Shown in pieces: positions 1 through 9,808 of a stretch of DNA of 64,000 nt. The stretch is from a virus. The stretch is taken from the IMG/VR virus record IMGVR_UViG_3300017917_003565, positions 1 to 64,000 of that record. One strand, written 5' to 3'. Position 1 is the first letter of the stretch, and each line of letters begins with the position of its first letter. The position numbers and the translations under genes were made by a program. A model generated the notes under the pieces. That model had not been told where the DNA came from, made no database searches, and saw nothing but the letters and a program-made list of their open reading frames with translations.

Positions 1-389
1 CCACGACGTTTTGCACCTTCAATTGTTCTGGCTGCAAATTGACCACCCTGCACTTGATCTGTGTAGATCATGTAAGGGCCGCCATCGTCCATTGGAGTTA
101 CTTCGGTTCTGCCATACCCAGGCTGACTTTGTACGTGAGCAGTGTATAAAGAAATCATATTTTCTAGTTTACGAATTTCAGCTACAATTTTGGCACGGGC
201 CGGACGATTAAGTCCATCACGACCTAGTTCTTTCTTTAATAAATGAATTTTTCTCAATGCCATTGTGGGATTAAAATCAGCTGGCAATTCTGGGATTACA
301 TCACCAACTTCGGAGCTAATGTCGTCTCCGTAGTTCCAATCTTGTCCAAACCCATATGGTGCTTCCGTTATAAACTCTTTAGATCTCAT
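1..389 (-). CDS. Partial hypothetical protein with MRSKEFITE N-terminus (runs off left edge)
   Basis: Manual translation: ATG at 389 after AAGGA RBS, MRSKEFITEAPYGFGQDW..., open to position 1; absent from the ORF track. Confidence 0.8.
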   Translation of the reverse strand, partial: MRSKEFITEAPYGFGQDWNYGDDISSEVGDVIPELPADFNPTMALRKIHLLKKELGRDGLNRPARAKIVAEIRKLENMISLYTAHVQSQPGYGRTEVTPMDDGGPYMIYTDQVQGGQFAARTIEGAKRR

Positions 390-409
390 GTTATTTCCTT
401 AAATTTATA

Positions 410-1501
410 TTACTTATTCTTTTTGCGACCGCTTTTCATATTGGCACACCAGTGATACATCCGGCCTTTTTCACCGCCGTACTTCTTGGCCCGGGCTCGC
501 AAGTCTGTTACTGATCCTTTACATGATGCTCCAGCACGTTTTACACGTCCAGGACGACTTTTGCCCTTGACCTTGCCATCAGCAAAGTTTTCAAACACGT
601 CAGGATCAAAGTCATCTGCTGAAATAAAGTATGAGGTGCCATCTCTGTGCTGTAGTTGCACAGCATCATCTTCAGACTCGACTTGTTGTATACTCCAACC
701 CATGCTGTTTAACACTGATTCAATCTGTGGCTGTTTTTCCGCGGCATTCCACCAACGATTGGCCAAGACAAAAATGGGATCCGGAACATCATCGTTGTCG
801 TCACGTCCAGGACTGGGTGCAAATTCCATAATACCAGTGCCACGACGCAATCTCAAATCGTAGTCTACATCGCTTTCATAACGTTCAATATAATCTTGAT
901 AATAACGTTGTGCATCAGCAGGAGTATCTGCTTCAAATCGATCCACTATCTTTGTGGGCTCGTTGGCACGGTATATTTCATAACCTTTGTTAAGACGTTG
1001 TCTAGCACGAGCCATGCGTTCTAGTCTGCTATCAACTCTCTTACCAGCACGATGTAAATAATCTTGCAATCTCTCATCACTAATTTCGTTTACTTTAGAT
1101 ACAGGCATCCATGCCATGATATAATCACGATTCAACAAGTATTTGGCTGCCCAGGCCCTGTGATTGCCGTCTATGATATAGCGATCTGCATCAATCACGA
1201 TGGGTTTCTTATCTATTAGATACTGGCTGACTTCACCAGCATGACCGGGTTCTATCATCATCACACGTCCGTAAGGGTCGCTCTCGGGCTCCGCGTCATC
1301 GTAGTCTACATCGTCGTATTCTTGATCAGGTATGTTGAGATTCAACAAAGGCACACGCTGTAGTTGCCAACGAGGATGAGCCATCACAGCCGCGTGCATT
1401 TTTTCTCCAGGTTGAAAAGGCTCGTGATGAGTCTTATTGATATAAGCCAAGACTTGTTGGGCTGTGGCTTGTTGTTCTTGTACGAATTCTCTAGCTCGCA
1501 T
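410..1501 (-). CDS. Mosaic protein with ParB/Srx-like domain and basic C-terminal module; putative virion internal protein
   Basis: MRAREFVQE start; PIVIDADRYIIDGNHRAWA ParB-like motif; C-terminal NFADGK...MYHWCANMKSG. Confidence 0.7.
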   Translation of the reverse strand: MRAREFVQEQQATAQQVLAYINKTHHEPFQPGEKMHAAVMAHPRWQLQRVPLLNLNIPDQEYDDVDYDDAEPESDPYGRVMMIEPGHAGEVSQYLIDKKPIVIDADRYIIDGNHRAWAAKYLLNRDYIMAWMPVSKVNEISDERLQDYLHRAGKRVDSRLERMARARQRLNKGYEIYRANEPTKIVDRFEADTPADAQRYYQDYIERYESDVDYDLRLRRGTGIMEFAPSPGRDDNDDVPDPIFVLANRWWNAAEKQPQIESVLNSMGWSIQQVESEDDAVQLQHRDGTSYFISADDFDPDVFENFADGKVKGKSRPGRVKRAGASCKGSVTDLRARAKKYGGEKGRMYHWCANMKSGRKKNK

Positions 1502-1682
1502 GATTGATTTTTTTGGTATAAGTCATAGAATATTCAGCCAATTTTAGTTTTAATTCTGTATCCAAATCCTGTAGAGATGGATCATCTCTACGCAGAACTC
1601 CAGATGGGCGTGCTACAGCGCCTCGCTTGGAAATTACAGCTACTACAGGAGAAATAGGATTGACTGTCATCTCAAGTTTCAC
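1491..1682 (-). CDS. Small hypothetical protein
   Basis: 63-aa ORF filling the gap between flanking genes. Confidence 0.45.
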   Translation of the reverse strand: MKLEMTVNPISPVVAVISKRGAVARPSGVLRRDDPSLQDLDTELKLKLAEYSMTYTKKINHAS

Positions 1683-1686
1683 ATGA

Positions 1687-4600
1687 TTATGTCATCTCTG
1701 GTACTACATTGAACGGACCTTGATTCTCTAGTCTATCTCCTTGACTGATCAGCCAGGTCTGTGCTGTGCGGTTGGCATCGCTTTGGTTGTTGCCTACACC
1801 GCTGAATCTATAAACTTCTTCGCCGGATCGATCCAACACACGCCAGGCACCTGTGAATTCTCCAGATGATTGTGCGGCACGCTGTCTTGCCAGATCCATT
1901 GTGGATCCGGGTATGGGTTCACCGCTGGACTGTGCTCGCTGGCGCCATGGAGGTGGTTCTTGTGGATTGGCTTCGATGCTGATCACATCACGACCTTGTG
2001 CTTGTAGGGCCGAGCGTATACGATCCATGGCCGCATTGGCGTTCTCAGCATCTATGTTTAGGCTGTCTTCTACTTCTTGTCCATTTCTGCGTTCGCGCCA
2101 GCGAACTTTGTAATGCCCGGTATCACGAACAGCACCTGCTGGCTGGGGCTCTCCTACACGGGCCCGTATCTGTGCCCGATCTTGTTCATTGTCGGCTTGC
2201 TGGTTGACCCAGTCTTCAATCTCTCTGTCAGTGGCCGGACGGATGTTTTCCACATAACTGCGATTGCGGGCGAAGAAATCATCTTGTTTTTCTGCCTGGG
2301 CCTTGGCTTCGGCTTTGTCTCGGGCCTGTACCAAGGTGCCTTTGCCCCCAAACTCCACTGCCCACCATATGGATCGTTGTTTGAGACGCTGGGCCACCTG
2401 TGCTCGCTGGCTGAGTTTCTTTTCGGGTTCGGGAGTCTCGTCGGGTCTACGGAACACTTGCCAATCATCGGACAGTCGATCTCCGTATTCTGCTTGGACT
2501 TTTTCGTTGGCGCTATCAATGTCCTTGGCTCTCACTGTGAGTATGATGTCACCGTAGGAATCTTTGACATCAAACCATGGATGTTTTATACGAACATCCA
2601 GACTGTTCCAGCGGGGGTCATCTTTGTATTTCTTTTTGTAAATATCGTTGGCGTCGTCGTAGTCTGTGGCATAGAACGTGTCAATCACACCATCGGGGCT
2701 CTTGGACTTGTTCATGTCGTAGACTTCGTATTCTATTTTACCAGTGCTGGGTATTTCTTTGCGTAGCACAGCATCGGCCCACTGTTTCTTGAGTTGTTCG
2801 GGAGAGATTGTGCCCGCCGCATATTCCGAGAACAGTTTCAAAGCATCATCCTGTGCGCCTGGACTGATCAACTTGTACAGCTTCTTGGCATACTCTCGGC
2901 GTTCCAGGGCTGGACTACCGGCGATCTGCATGGCACGTGCGAAACGCAACATGGTATTTTTGATATCATCATATTCGCCGCGACTTTCCATGCTCAAATA
3001 ATCACCACCGGGGCTTCGGAACTCGATGTAGCCATCCTTGATGTGTGCTGATGTGTACTTTGAATTCCCCACGCCTTGTTGAACATAACGAGACGCTAAC
3101 TCAATGAGATTCTTTTGCACCAACTCTAGCGCACCCATAGGGTCCAGCTTGGCTTCTGTGAGTTCACCTCGATTTCGAGCACCGGCTATGTTTTGGCGTA
3201 GTTTCTGCATGGCCGAGGCAGCATAGGTATTTGAAGCGCGACCGAACTTGTCCAGGATGTATTCGTCGCCCATGAACAGCACCAATTTGACGTAGTCAAC
3301 GTCACCGCCTACATAAGGGATGGATATGCCCATGTGTAGTCCGGTAGAATTATTGGTGTAGGCATCGGCTTCATCGTTGCCCCAGTCTATGACTGCTTTG
3401 AGTTTTTCCAGGGCCTGGGGCAATGGCATGGGTGGCGACACGATCTCTAGACCCATATCGTCATCATCATCGGGGTCCAAACTACCATCTGGTTCTATGA
3501 TCCAACGATCGTCTTTGCGAACGGTTGAGTGATAACCCGACCCCACTTTGACATCCATGCCCACTACGTCATGCAAACTCTCAGCAATACTATCCCAGTC
3601 TCTGCTACCACCGCCCGATGAACCACCGGTCCAGTAAGGCCAGTCCAGGCTGAAACTGTTGCCAATCTCGCTCATGTAACCATAACGATCACGCAGGAAA
3701 TCGCTTTCGTCATAGTCGCCACTGTCCGCCATCATGTCAGAGAAGTATTCTCGGGCCGAATCATAGTATTCGCCTTGGCTTTCAAATTCGCTGACGATTT
3801 CACTTTCAAATTCTTCGTAGGCCGCATCGTAGGCTTGTTTATACTTGGCATACAGATCATTTTCTTTCTCATAGGCTTCTTGATCACTGCTCTTAGTAAA
3901 ACGTGGAGCGGCGTTGCCGGCCTGCATGATGTCTTCAACATCGTCGTCGGGAAACAACTCATCTATCTTGTTGACTATACGGTTGTCGCGTTCTTCGTCA
4001 TCGCCCCAGACATTGGTCTCCATGTAGTCACGCACTTGATCTTCTGCATCGTTGTCCCACTGCTCTTGGATCTGCTCATCGCGCCATTCGACAAATTCTT
4101 CCATGAGGCTGTTACGTAGTTCTCTGGCACCGCGTGGACTCAATCCATACCCATAGTCATCATTGGAAAAGAAATCTACCACATGCTCGACGCTGTCGGG
4201 GCGCTCGTCATAGTCGTAATCAGGTTCTTGATCTTCATCATCTTCGTCACGCTTGGTATCACGGAAGATCATTTCTGCTTCAAACCCAGCACGGATGCCC
4301 TGGGCTTCGGGCGATCGTGCCCAGGATTCCAGAGCCGACGGACTCATTTTGACTTCATCTAAAGGTTGTTCTATGCTTTCGGCCACTTGTCGACGATACA
4401 ACTGATACATCTTAAGGAATTCTTGTTCTTGCCGGCTCAACACTCGCCCTAACTGTATTTTGCCCATGATGAACCGGTAATACTGTTCGGCGTCCTGGCT
4501 TTTGTTCACTGGAGCCTGTATAGTTTCATCCACATTATAGGTAGGATCGGTCTTGACGGCTTTGCCAACTCTCCGTTTAGGATCACGAGGATCTATGTCA

Positions 4601-6291
4601 GTGACATCTAGACCGGTGGCTCGGATCTGATCAATGAACTTGTGTTCGGTATCTTCGTCACCAAAACTGATGATACTGCTAGGAGGCCCGGCACCAAAAT
4701 CATGCTTGCCTAGGCCTTTCATATTGCTAATGTGTTGTCCTAGTTTGTACCAGTCATACACATCGCTGACATCCACACGCAGGGTGCCTGCGGGCATGGT
4801 AGGCTTGAATTCAGGACCGGGTGGATTGTCAGGGTTGTAATCTTCTTTGGCTCTATATCGTTTGTATTCTTTGTATAAGTTTTCAAAAAGGCCATTGGCC
4901 TGAGCAATCTGTGGATGGCCTTGACGATCTGTTTTTAATTTTAACTTGTTGGCTTCTTTGCCTACTTGTCCGGGCTTGATGTCCACTGTGAGTGCCATAC
5001 TGAAGCGTGGATCTTTGGCTTGTGCCCGGGTGGGAATATATCCACTTGCGCTTTCTTCCAGATCGTGTGCCTGTCCTGCATCAAAATGTTCGGGATGCAA
5101 TCTGGCCCAGTCACGCATGAGTACTCCGGCTCTGGCATTGGCTTCATTTTCATATTCGCTGCCAGTTTCGCCTGCTGAGGCAGGAACATCTTCACGCTCG
5201 TGTTGGCGCTTGTGTGTGAGTTCATGTGCTACCGTACGCAACACATCCATGATGTGTCGATTGCCCCAGGCCACTTCCAGGATCTTTGAATCATCTTGAT
5301 AACGACCAAAGGTTTTGTGCACCTTAGGCCACTGTGGATCTCTGCGCAACTTCACAGTTGGCATGTTTTGTATTTTGAGTTCTGCCGTACAAAACTTGAT
5401 AAAGTCTTTTAATATCTGTTCGTCGGTGACTCCTGCATCTTCTCTGATGCTTTCGCCGCCATCACCACCTGCATCACCACCTTCGGTGCCTGCTGGATGA
5501 TCTTGCCCAGCATAGGCTGTGCCCGGATACCAATAGGCTCCATAGCCATACTTTACTTTCTTTTTCTTTTTCTTCCGGCGCTCGTCTAGACTTAACAACT
5601 GATCTTTGGCCGCGTTACGTGCATCATATAACTTTTTGATCAGACCTTGTGTGCGCAGGATTTTGAATGCTAGATTCTCTGGCCCAAACTCACCGTGAGC
5701 ATCCAGCCCGGCCTGGCGGTATTCTTTGATCTTGTCAGCCATGGCTGAAATCTTTTCATAATCTTGGCTCGCAACAGCGGCTTCGATCCTGTGTCCTAGA
5801 TCCTCAAACTTTGATCGGACTGAAATATCATCTACGTCTGGTCTGCGTCTCTTTGGAACACTGACCCAGTCATTGTTGATGATGCTGTAGATACCTTGAC
5901 TGACATGTTTTTTATTCGCGTCCTGCACATACAGTTCAACATCATAACCGCCGATTTTTATATCGTGCTGATCATTATAGGCGTACTTTTTGGCATCAAA
6001 CAGTTCGCGATACACTTCGCTGGCATCGGCCTGAGGAAGATCCACCACTAGGTGCAGATCTATATCAGAATGGGGGGTATAGGTGTAAGCGGCGTTGGAA
6101 CCTGAAACAGTGATGTCTTTGACTTCAACGTTGATGCCCAAAAATTCTCGGAAATCGTCGGCAATTTTCAGCAGTTGTTCACGTACCTCGGGACGCATTT
6201 TTTCATCGGCGCCCCAGATACGCGGATTTAATCGATCGTTGAATTTGACAGCATCGCCAAGATCGTAGGAATCTAACTCATGGATGTTCAT
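1687..6291 (-). CDS. 1534-aa multidomain protein: pol-beta-type nucleotidyltransferase, zincin metallopeptidase, amidoligase (COOH-NH2 ligase type 2)
   Basis: GSNAAY...SDIDLH (NTase); AHELTH and E-NEANA (HExxH zincin); GFEAE, EPDGSL, GLEIVSP, STGLHM, YIEFRSPGG (amidoligase). Confidence 0.75.
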   Translation of the reverse strand: MNIHELDSYDLGDAVKFNDRLNPRIWGADEKMRPEVREQLLKIADDFREFLGINVEVKDITVSGSNAAYTYTPHSDIDLHLVVDLPQADASEVYRELFDAKKYAYNDQHDIKIGGYDVELYVQDANKKHVSQGIYSIINNDWVSVPKRRRPDVDDISVRSKFEDLGHRIEAAVASQDYEKISAMADKIKEYRQAGLDAHGEFGPENLAFKILRTQGLIKKLYDARNAAKDQLLSLDERRKKKKKKVKYGYGAYWYPGTAYAGQDHPAGTEGGDAGGDGGESIREDAGVTDEQILKDFIKFCTAELKIQNMPTVKLRRDPQWPKVHKTFGRYQDDSKILEVAWGNRHIMDVLRTVAHELTHKRQHEREDVPASAGETGSEYENEANARAGVLMRDWARLHPEHFDAGQAHDLEESASGYIPTRAQAKDPRFSMALTVDIKPGQVGKEANKLKLKTDRQGHPQIAQANGLFENLYKEYKRYRAKEDYNPDNPPGPEFKPTMPAGTLRVDVSDVYDWYKLGQHISNMKGLGKHDFGAGPPSSIISFGDEDTEHKFIDQIRATGLDVTDIDPRDPKRRVGKAVKTDPTYNVDETIQAPVNKSQDAEQYYRFIMGKIQLGRVLSRQEQEFLKMYQLYRRQVAESIEQPLDEVKMSPSALESWARSPEAQGIRAGFEAEMIFRDTKRDEDDEDQEPDYDYDERPDSVEHVVDFFSNDDYGYGLSPRGARELRNSLMEEFVEWRDEQIQEQWDNDAEDQVRDYMETNVWGDDEERDNRIVNKIDELFPDDDVEDIMQAGNAAPRFTKSSDQEAYEKENDLYAKYKQAYDAAYEEFESEIVSEFESQGEYYDSAREYFSDMMADSGDYDESDFLRDRYGYMSEIGNSFSLDWPYWTGGSSGGGSRDWDSIAESLHDVVGMDVKVGSGYHSTVRKDDRWIIEPDGSLDPDDDDDMGLEIVSPPMPLPQALEKLKAVIDWGNDEADAYTNNSTGLHMGISIPYVGGDVDYVKLVLFMGDEYILDKFGRASNTYAASAMQKLRQNIAGARNRGELTEAKLDPMGALELVQKNLIELASRYVQQGVGNSKYTSAHIKDGYIEFRSPGGDYLSMESRGEYDDIKNTMLRFARAMQIAGSPALERREYAKKLYKLISPGAQDDALKLFSEYAAGTISPEQLKKQWADAVLRKEIPSTGKIEYEVYDMNKSKSPDGVIDTFYATDYDDANDIYKKKYKDDPRWNSLDVRIKHPWFDVKDSYGDIILTVRAKDIDSANEKVQAEYGDRLSDDWQVFRRPDETPEPEKKLSQRAQVAQRLKQRSIWWAVEFGGKGTLVQARDKAEAKAQAEKQDDFFARNRSYVENIRPATDREIEDWVNQQADNEQDRAQIRARVGEPQPAGAVRDTGHYKVRWRERRNGQEVEDSLNIDAENANAAMDRIRSALQAQGRDVISIEANPQEPPPWRQRAQSSGEPIPGSTMDLARQRAAQSSGEFTGAWRVLDRSGEEVYRFSGVGNNQSDANRTAQTWLISQGDRLENQGPFNVVPEMT

Positions 6292-6309
6292 GAGTGTATT
6301 TACCGCTGG

Positions 6310-7197
6310 TTAGGCTTTGGCTTGTTTCTTGCTTTTTTTGCTAGAAGCGATGCTCTTGGCCACCACGGGTTTCTCGGGTTGTGCTGGTGGAGCATTCACT
6401 GGAGCTGCCTGGCCGTTGCTCTGGGCCATGGCATGCAGATCTCGATACAACTGATCCTGTGCGGCGTAATCAAACACATAGGTTCCGGTGTGTTTGAGCA
6501 ACACCCGCTTGTCCACCCAGACTTTGCCGCCTAGATCACGCCAGTTTTCACAGAATGTCCAGTCCTCACTGTAGTAACGATTTTCACGTACAGCAGTGTC
6601 GAAGTAGGTTTTCATGTAGGGGTTGAGTTCTACCGGAAGTCCGATGTCATTGATAAAAGGTTTCACAGCAGGATGTGCATCTAGTTTCTCAAACACATGA
6701 CGTTTGATCAACATAAAACCTGTACCGGTCTTGGAAACTTCTTGCAAGGTGCCGTCGGCACTGGTTTCCGCACCATCAAACCCGTTGACGCACCATTTTA
6801 CTGGCAACGATTTCATTGGATACAGACCACCTATGACATCTTTGTCGGCATTGAGCATGACCAAGAGATGCCAAGGTTCCCAACCAATGTCAGCATCAAT
6901 AAACATCAGGTGCGTTGACTCTTTGTTATGTAGGAACTTGGCTGTGAGTGTGTTTCTGGCGCGGCTGATCAATGATTCATTGGTCATGGTCTCCATGGTC
7001 CAATCAATGTTGAGCTGTCGGCAGGTATTGGCCCATTTGATATAGCTCATGAATGTTGATTCTGTGAGCTGGCCTCCATAACAGGGCATGCAGATATGCA
7101 CACGAGTGGTGCGCAAATAATCTATGTTTACCTGAATCTGTTGTTGACCAGCCGGAGCAGGTGATTGTGTAGTGGGTTGTGCTTGGTTTTCAGCCAT
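6310..7197 (-). CDS. Glycosyltransferase (GT-A fold)-like protein
   Basis: ICMPCYGG, RARN, HLMFIDADI (DxD), GTGFMLIKR, SEDWTFC. Confidence 0.7.
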   Translation of the reverse strand: MAENQAQPTTQSPAPAGQQQIQVNIDYLRTTRVHICMPCYGGQLTESTFMSYIKWANTCRQLNIDWTMETMTNESLISRARNTLTAKFLHNKESTHLMFIDADIGWEPWHLLVMLNADKDVIGGLYPMKSLPVKWCVNGFDGAETSADGTLQEVSKTGTGFMLIKRHVFEKLDAHPAVKPFINDIGLPVELNPYMKTYFDTAVRENRYYSEDWTFCENWRDLGGKVWVDKRVLLKHTGTYVFDYAAQDQLYRDLHAMAQSNGQAAPVNAPPAQPEKPVVAKSIASSKKSKKQAKA

Positions 7198-7244
7198 GAG
7201 TTCCTCTGTAAAATATCAGATATTTACTGCTATTGTACAGGGGA

Positions 7245-8090
7245 TTATTTTTTCTTGCGACCAGCGCAGTGGGCTTTTTGACTGAATCCACGCGGCCGGG
7301 AACAATCGATTGAACGCTTGTACTTTTGGCTCCATTTTTCATCAATGTAATCCAGGCTGTTCTTTAATTCAAACAGGCGTTGTTGCAAAGACTGTATGTT
7401 TTCACGTATGCGATTCATGCGTGATTCGCGCATGACGCTCACAGGATTTTCTCCGGCATAAATGCGTTCTTGCCCGTAGATAATGCCTTCTTGAGGTTGG
7501 TTCACACCCAGGCGTTGGTCAAACATGGCCTGTATTTCAGAGTCCGGAGCACCGTAAAGATCAGTTATTATTTGTGTGCGGTCCGCATCATTTCCGGACA
7601 CATAGAGCTTGCGTATCTGACTGGCACTGTTGGCGTCTTGCCCTCGCACACGGAAATTCACCGTGGGAGTTACTGTGATGTATCCATGCTGTGTCATTGG
7701 TTCCATGTTCTTTTCCTCTGGGGGCAAAGGCTGTAGATAAGACGGGGAACCATCGGCTCGAGGCTTGAAGTTGAATCTCTGGGCATCTTTGGCGCTGACA
7801 GCAAATATCAGTACAGTGTTGGCTTTTTCTTCATCTGACAGGCCGTCTGTTATTTCTGTGGCCTGGTAGGGATTTTTGACTTGCTTGATGTGCCCAGCAG
7901 GCACGCCCAGTTTGGTGACCATTTTTACCTTGTCGGCATAGGTAAAAGGACTATTTTCATCGTTTTGCTTGTCGCTGCTGACTATGTAGACCGCATTTTC
8001 ACCAAACTGCTGAGTTAGCCAATCATAGCTGGCTTTGTGACCTAGGTGAAATGGATGGAATCTGCCGGGATATATTACAAGATAGTTCAT
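7245..8090 (-). CDS. HIGH-motif cytidylyltransferase-like protein with basic C-terminal module
   Basis: YPGRFHPFHLGH; SASQIR; C-terminal KWSQKYKRSIDC...AHCAGRKKK. Confidence 0.7.
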   Translation of the reverse strand: MNYLVIYPGRFHPFHLGHKASYDWLTQQFGENAVYIVSSDKQNDENSPFTYADKVKMVTKLGVPAGHIKQVKNPYQATEITDGLSDEEKANTVLIFAVSAKDAQRFNFKPRADGSPSYLQPLPPEEKNMEPMTQHGYITVTPTVNFRVRGQDANSASQIRKLYVSGNDADRTQIITDLYGAPDSEIQAMFDQRLGVNQPQEGIIYGQERIYAGENPVSVMRESRMNRIRENIQSLQQRLFELKNSLDYIDEKWSQKYKRSIDCSRPRGFSQKAHCAGRKKK

Positions 8091-8106
8091 TGTAATATAT
8101 TTATGT

Positions 8107-8547
8107 TTACATGTTCTCCAACATCCACATGTACACAGGTGTAGTGAACTTTATGCTGACAGTACCATTGCACCCCATTTCACCAAAGAATTCGTGCAGA
8201 CTTTTTTCTGTGGAGCCATTAAAATCGTGTTCATACACAGCTTTTTCTGCCACGATGTTGCCCAGCTTGATGCCATCAAATGTTAGGTCTGTAACGGTCA
8301 ACCGTGCATCTTGCACGATATCGCCGATGTCATTGAGTACAGTATGTTCTTCGGTCTTGTTTTTCATGACCAATCTCAGCTCGTGTTCTAGTTCATCGTC
8401 GTCGGAGATTTCTGTGGACATCTGTTGTGGATCACGCACATGCTCGCTGTCAAAAAACTTAGTATCATCTATCCAGGCTTCAAATCCCAGAGGAATAGCA
8501 GGATCTGAGGTACTTACTACGCAGGAAATAATAACAGTGCTGGCCAT
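8107..8547 (-). CDS. Hypothetical protein
   Basis: 146-aa ORF, coupled to upstream gene. Confidence 0.6.
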   Translation of the reverse strand: MASTVIISCVVSTSDPAIPLGFEAWIDDTKFFDSEHVRDPQQMSTEISDDDELEHELRLVMKNKTEEHTVLNDIGDIVQDARLTVTDLTFDGIKLGNIVAEKAVYEHDFNGSTEKSLHEFFGEMGCNGTVSIKFTTPVYMWMLENM

Positions 8548-8912
8548 CAGTAACTCGCTGTGACAAAATCTATGGTGCCGGCATCAAACGCCGTGACATG
8601 TGCTCGTAACCATACAAAGTTTCCAGTCACATTGACTGGATGATAATCAGTGACTGCTGAACTAGCCGCATCATATTCGTCTACTTCAAACCATACAGCA
8701 GAATCTTTGTTGTCGTTTAGTGTGGCTTCAATGGTGATGATACCACTGAATCCGGTTAAACGATAAGTCAAGGTCTGTAAACTGCCTTGGCCACCATAGT
8801 AGTTGGCCGCTGGCACAGCGTCGCTGTAAAAGTCTTGGCTGCTGCCATCATAGTTGCCACTGGCAGTACCATAGACCACATTGTCCAAAAGAGTTTGTAC
8901 AGTTATAGTCAT
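8547..8912 (-). CDS. Hypothetical protein, probably structural
   Basis: 121 aa, T/S/G-rich beta-type composition. Confidence 0.55.
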   Translation of the reverse strand: MTITVQTLLDNVVYGTASGNYDGSSQDFYSDAVPAANYYGGQGSLQTLTYRLTGFSGIITIEATLNDNKDSAVWFEVDEYDAASSAVTDYHPVNVTGNFVWLRAHVTAFDAGTIDFVTASY

Positions 8913-9073
8913 GCCTGTTTGATTTCGACCAAGGTACCTGCGCCAGCCAGTTCAGCCACTACTGCTTCTAACTGAGTTACTACATCAGTGCTCAGCAGTT
9001 CTGTGGTTGGTGCATCGTCGCGCACCAGTTGGCTCACAGTTATGATCAGTGTTTGTTCGTTGATTTTAGCCAT
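8909..9073 (-). CDS. Small hypothetical protein (54 aa)
   Basis: Manual translation MAKINEQTLIITVSQLVRDD...; TAAATA 7 nt upstream; ATGA overlap with next gene. Confidence 0.65.
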   Translation of the reverse strand: MAKINEQTLIITVSQLVRDDAPTTELLSTDVVTQLEAVVAELAGAGTLVEIKQA

Positions 9074-9079
9074 AGTGAG

Positions 9080-9808
9080 TTATTTAGTTGTGACCACGAT
9101 GGGCATGGTTTTTCTTATGAGTCCTGGGTGTACGAGATTCAACATGGTTATCCAGCTGGAGTTGTTGTAGTCCACGAAAAAATAATCTTGGCTGCTTTTG
9201 AACTGGGCGTCACAGATCCATGATTTCAAAGATGGTGCCAAACGCACATGATCCAGTTGATTGTTCAAAAACTCAGTGAGACGTTGTTTTTGTTCGTCCG
9301 TGAGCTTGGCATATCTAAAATAGCTTCGTAGACTGTATTTTGATCGTTGCAGTCTCACAGTGTTTTTGGGTCGATCTATCTGGGCACGAGAATAGGTTTT
9401 GTTGGCAAGTTCGGGCATGCCATCTAACTGTTGCAACAGTGCCGGGTCGTTGCTGTAGATATGTCCTTGATGCAGACCCACTACCAGTTTGAAATCATGA
9501 TCAGTGTTCAGCAACACATCAGCCAAGGCATGCAGATCCTGTATGGTTTTGTCTGTGATGGGTCTCCAGAATCGATGCATGCTGGGTGTGGACCCATGCT
9601 GGGCCCAGCGTTGTTCAGCCATTTCTCGCCATTGGCAACGTCGATGTATGGTTCGATCTATCTCCTTGTGATTCAACACTCGTAGACTGTTGATCTCATC
9701 GAGATCGAAGGCCATGCAGTATTCAAAACGATCGTAGAACCAACGATCTTTGCATACTGTCTTAAATGGCAGAGTTGGGAGTGTCAAGTCTGATGTATCC
9801 ATCGGCAT
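9080..9808 (-). CDS. Hypothetical protein
   Basis: 242-aa ORF overlapping the clpA end. Confidence 0.6.
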   Translation of the reverse strand: MPMDTSDLTLPTLPFKTVCKDRWFYDRFEYCMAFDLDEINSLRVLNHKEIDRTIHRRCQWREMAEQRWAQHGSTPSMHRFWRPITDKTIQDLHALADVLLNTDHDFKLVVGLHQGHIYSNDPALLQQLDGMPELANKTYSRAQIDRPKNTVRLQRSKYSLRSYFRYAKLTDEQKQRLTEFLNNQLDHVRLAPSLKSWICDAQFKSSQDYFFVDYNNSSWITMLNLVHPGLIRKTMPIVVTTK

